From: an uncultured Eubacteriales bacterium
GTDB lineage: Bacteria; Acidobacteriota; Aminicenantia; Aminicenantales; Saccharicenantaceae
Direction: 5' to 3'
Assembly: GCA_964525875.1 (NCBI GenBank)
Contig: CAZGJS010000005.1
Coordinates: 143,184-207,183 of the forward strand
Length of the DNA: 64,000 nt
The notes under the pieces are model-generated. The model was not told where the DNA came from. It worked only from the letters and a program-made list of their open reading frames with translations, and made no database searches. A program made the translations under genes and the position numbers. This document shows positions 62,778-64,000 of this stretch, one piece after another. Every line of letters begins with the position of its first letter. The first letter of the stretch is position 1.

Positions 62778-63980
62778 CTAGGCGCCGTATTTTTTCAACT
62801 TGAGGGCGTGGGCGAGCATCAGGGGCATGGCCGAGATGGAGCGGAAGCGTCCGAGAATTCCCTTGGCGCAGGCCCGCTCCGTGAACGCCGCGACGTCGTC
62901 GACGCCGGCCGTCGGCGAGACCAGGACGAAAGGGTTCGGATGCCAGGAGTGGCCCTTGAGCAGGGCCGGCGTCGAGTGGTCGGAGGTGACGACCAGGACG
63001 TCCGGCTTGAGGGCCAGGAGACGCGGGATGAAGGGGTCGAGGGCCTCGATCGCGGCGACCTTGGCCGCGAATTTTCCGTCCTCGCCGGCCGAGTCGGTCT
63101 TTTTATAATGGATGTAGAAGAAATCGTGCCCCGCCCAATTCTTCTCCAGGGCGTCGAAAAGATCCGTCGTTTCGCTCCCGACGTCCATCACCTCCATGCC
63201 GAGGAGCTTGGCCAGGCCTTTGTACATGGGGTAGTTGGCGATGGCCGCCGGACGGACCTTGAACAGCTCCTGGATAGCCGGGATGGAGGGGAATTTGGAG
63301 AAGCCGCGGAGGAGGGCCGCGTTGGCCTTGGCCTCGCCCGCGAGGACGGCGGCGGCGTCGTCGAGGAAGCGGTTGACGATGACCGAAGCCCTGGCCGCCT
63401 CGGGGACGAGAGGCGCCGTCGGGACCGGGGGCGTGCCCTCCTTCTGCGGGTCGGCGTCGGACAAGGCGTCGGCCAGGCCCTCGGCCGTGAACCGGGCGAC
63501 GAAGCGGTGCTCTTTCCCTGGAAAAACCCGGACCTCGACCCCGGCGCGCTCTGGAAGACCGGCATTCAGGCGCCCGCAGATGCGGATGTTTTCTTCGGTT
63601 GGGATGCGGCCGGCCCGGCGATCGACGACGAGGCCGCCCCGGACCGTGGCGAAATTGCCGCGGGCCACGAGATCGTTCCGGCCGACCTCGACGCCCGAGC
63701 CCAGGGCCTCGAGAATGCCGCGGCCGAGCTGGTAGCGGAGCGGGTCGTAACCGAAGAGGGCGAGATGGGCCGGGCCGCTGCCGGGCGTGATGCCCATCAT
63801 GACGGGATCGGATACCCCGCAAACACCGCGTTTCGCCAGCTCGTCGAGGTTCGGCTTGCGGGCCGTCTCGAGCTCGGTCTTGCCGTCGACGGGCAGGCCG
63901 CCGACGCCGTCCATGACGAGGAGGACGATCTTCGACTCGGTCGTTTGGCTCAATTCTCTGGCCAGGTCTTCCCATTCCAT
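62778..63980 (-). CDS. apgM: Cofactor-independent phosphoglycerate mutase, archaeal-type (ApgM)
   Basis: 400 aa; LLVMDGVGG, TSDHSTP motifs typical of the ApgM/metalloenzyme superfamily. Confidence 0.9.
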   Translation of the reverse strand: MEWEDLARELSQTTESKIVLLVMDGVGGLPVDGKTELETARKPNLDELAKRGVCGVSDPVMMGITPGSGPAHLALFGYDPLRYQLGRGILEALGSGVEVGRNDLVARGNFATVRGGLVVDRRAGRIPTEENIRICGRLNAGLPERAGVEVRVFPGKEHRFVARFTAEGLADALSDADPQKEGTPPVPTAPLVPEAARASVIVNRFLDDAAAVLAGEAKANAALLRGFSKFPSIPAIQELFKVRPAAIANYPMYKGLAKLLGMEVMDVGSETTDLFDALEKNWAGHDFFYIHYKKTDSAGEDGKFAAKVAAIEALDPFIPRLLALKPDVLVVTSDHSTPALLKGHSWHPNPFVLVSPTAGVDDVAAFTERACAKGILGRFRSISAMPLMLAHALKLKKYGA

Positions 63981-64000
63981 GGTCGCGTTCTCCTTGGAAA

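Overview
This is a GC-rich (roughly 60-65% by eye) chromosomal segment from a diderm bacterium (TolC, a LolB-like lipoprotein, Sec/TAT signals). I cannot assign it to a species. The content is core housekeeping DNA around the replication origin. It holds rpmH-rnpA-yidD-yidC-jag (0.5-3.5 kb) and dnaA-dnaN with DnaA boxes and an AT-rich spacer (35.5-38.2 kb). It also holds dnaB, radA, polA, ribosomal protein genes (rpsF-rpsR-rplI, rplY, rpmB, rpmF, rpmH), pth, prs, tRNA-Gln, the MEP-pathway genes ispD/ispF/ispE, rel, smpB, pdxA, plsX-fabG-acpP-fabF, etfBA, apgM and an amidase. Two larger clusters are present: an ECF-sigma/anti-sigma/MacAB-TolC envelope operon and a 12-gene group-4 [NiFe]-hydrogenase/Mrp-type cluster. 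About 62 CDS and one tRNA are supported. The many long ORFs on the opposite strand or in other frames are GC-driven shadow ORFs. I see no CRISPR array, transposase, integrase, phage gene or recognisable defence gene, so I do not think a novel protein-coding system is here. What the gene map does not explain is non-coding. The largest intergenic gaps (1-490, 18350-19089, 31353-31778, 62559-62777) are filled by one modular family of palindromic repeats that share the 9-mer aatcaccgc/gcggtgatt, with compensatory changes that preserve the hairpins. Two further hairpin-repeat families exist. One is 30736-30793 = 56754-56807, and its first copy is translated in frame as the linker of a Memo-AMMECR1 fusion. 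The other is 31514-31534 = 58725-58745. These repeats are the best candidates for something undescribed. One window cannot decide whether they are MITE-like DNA, REP-like 3'-UTR elements or RNA genes.
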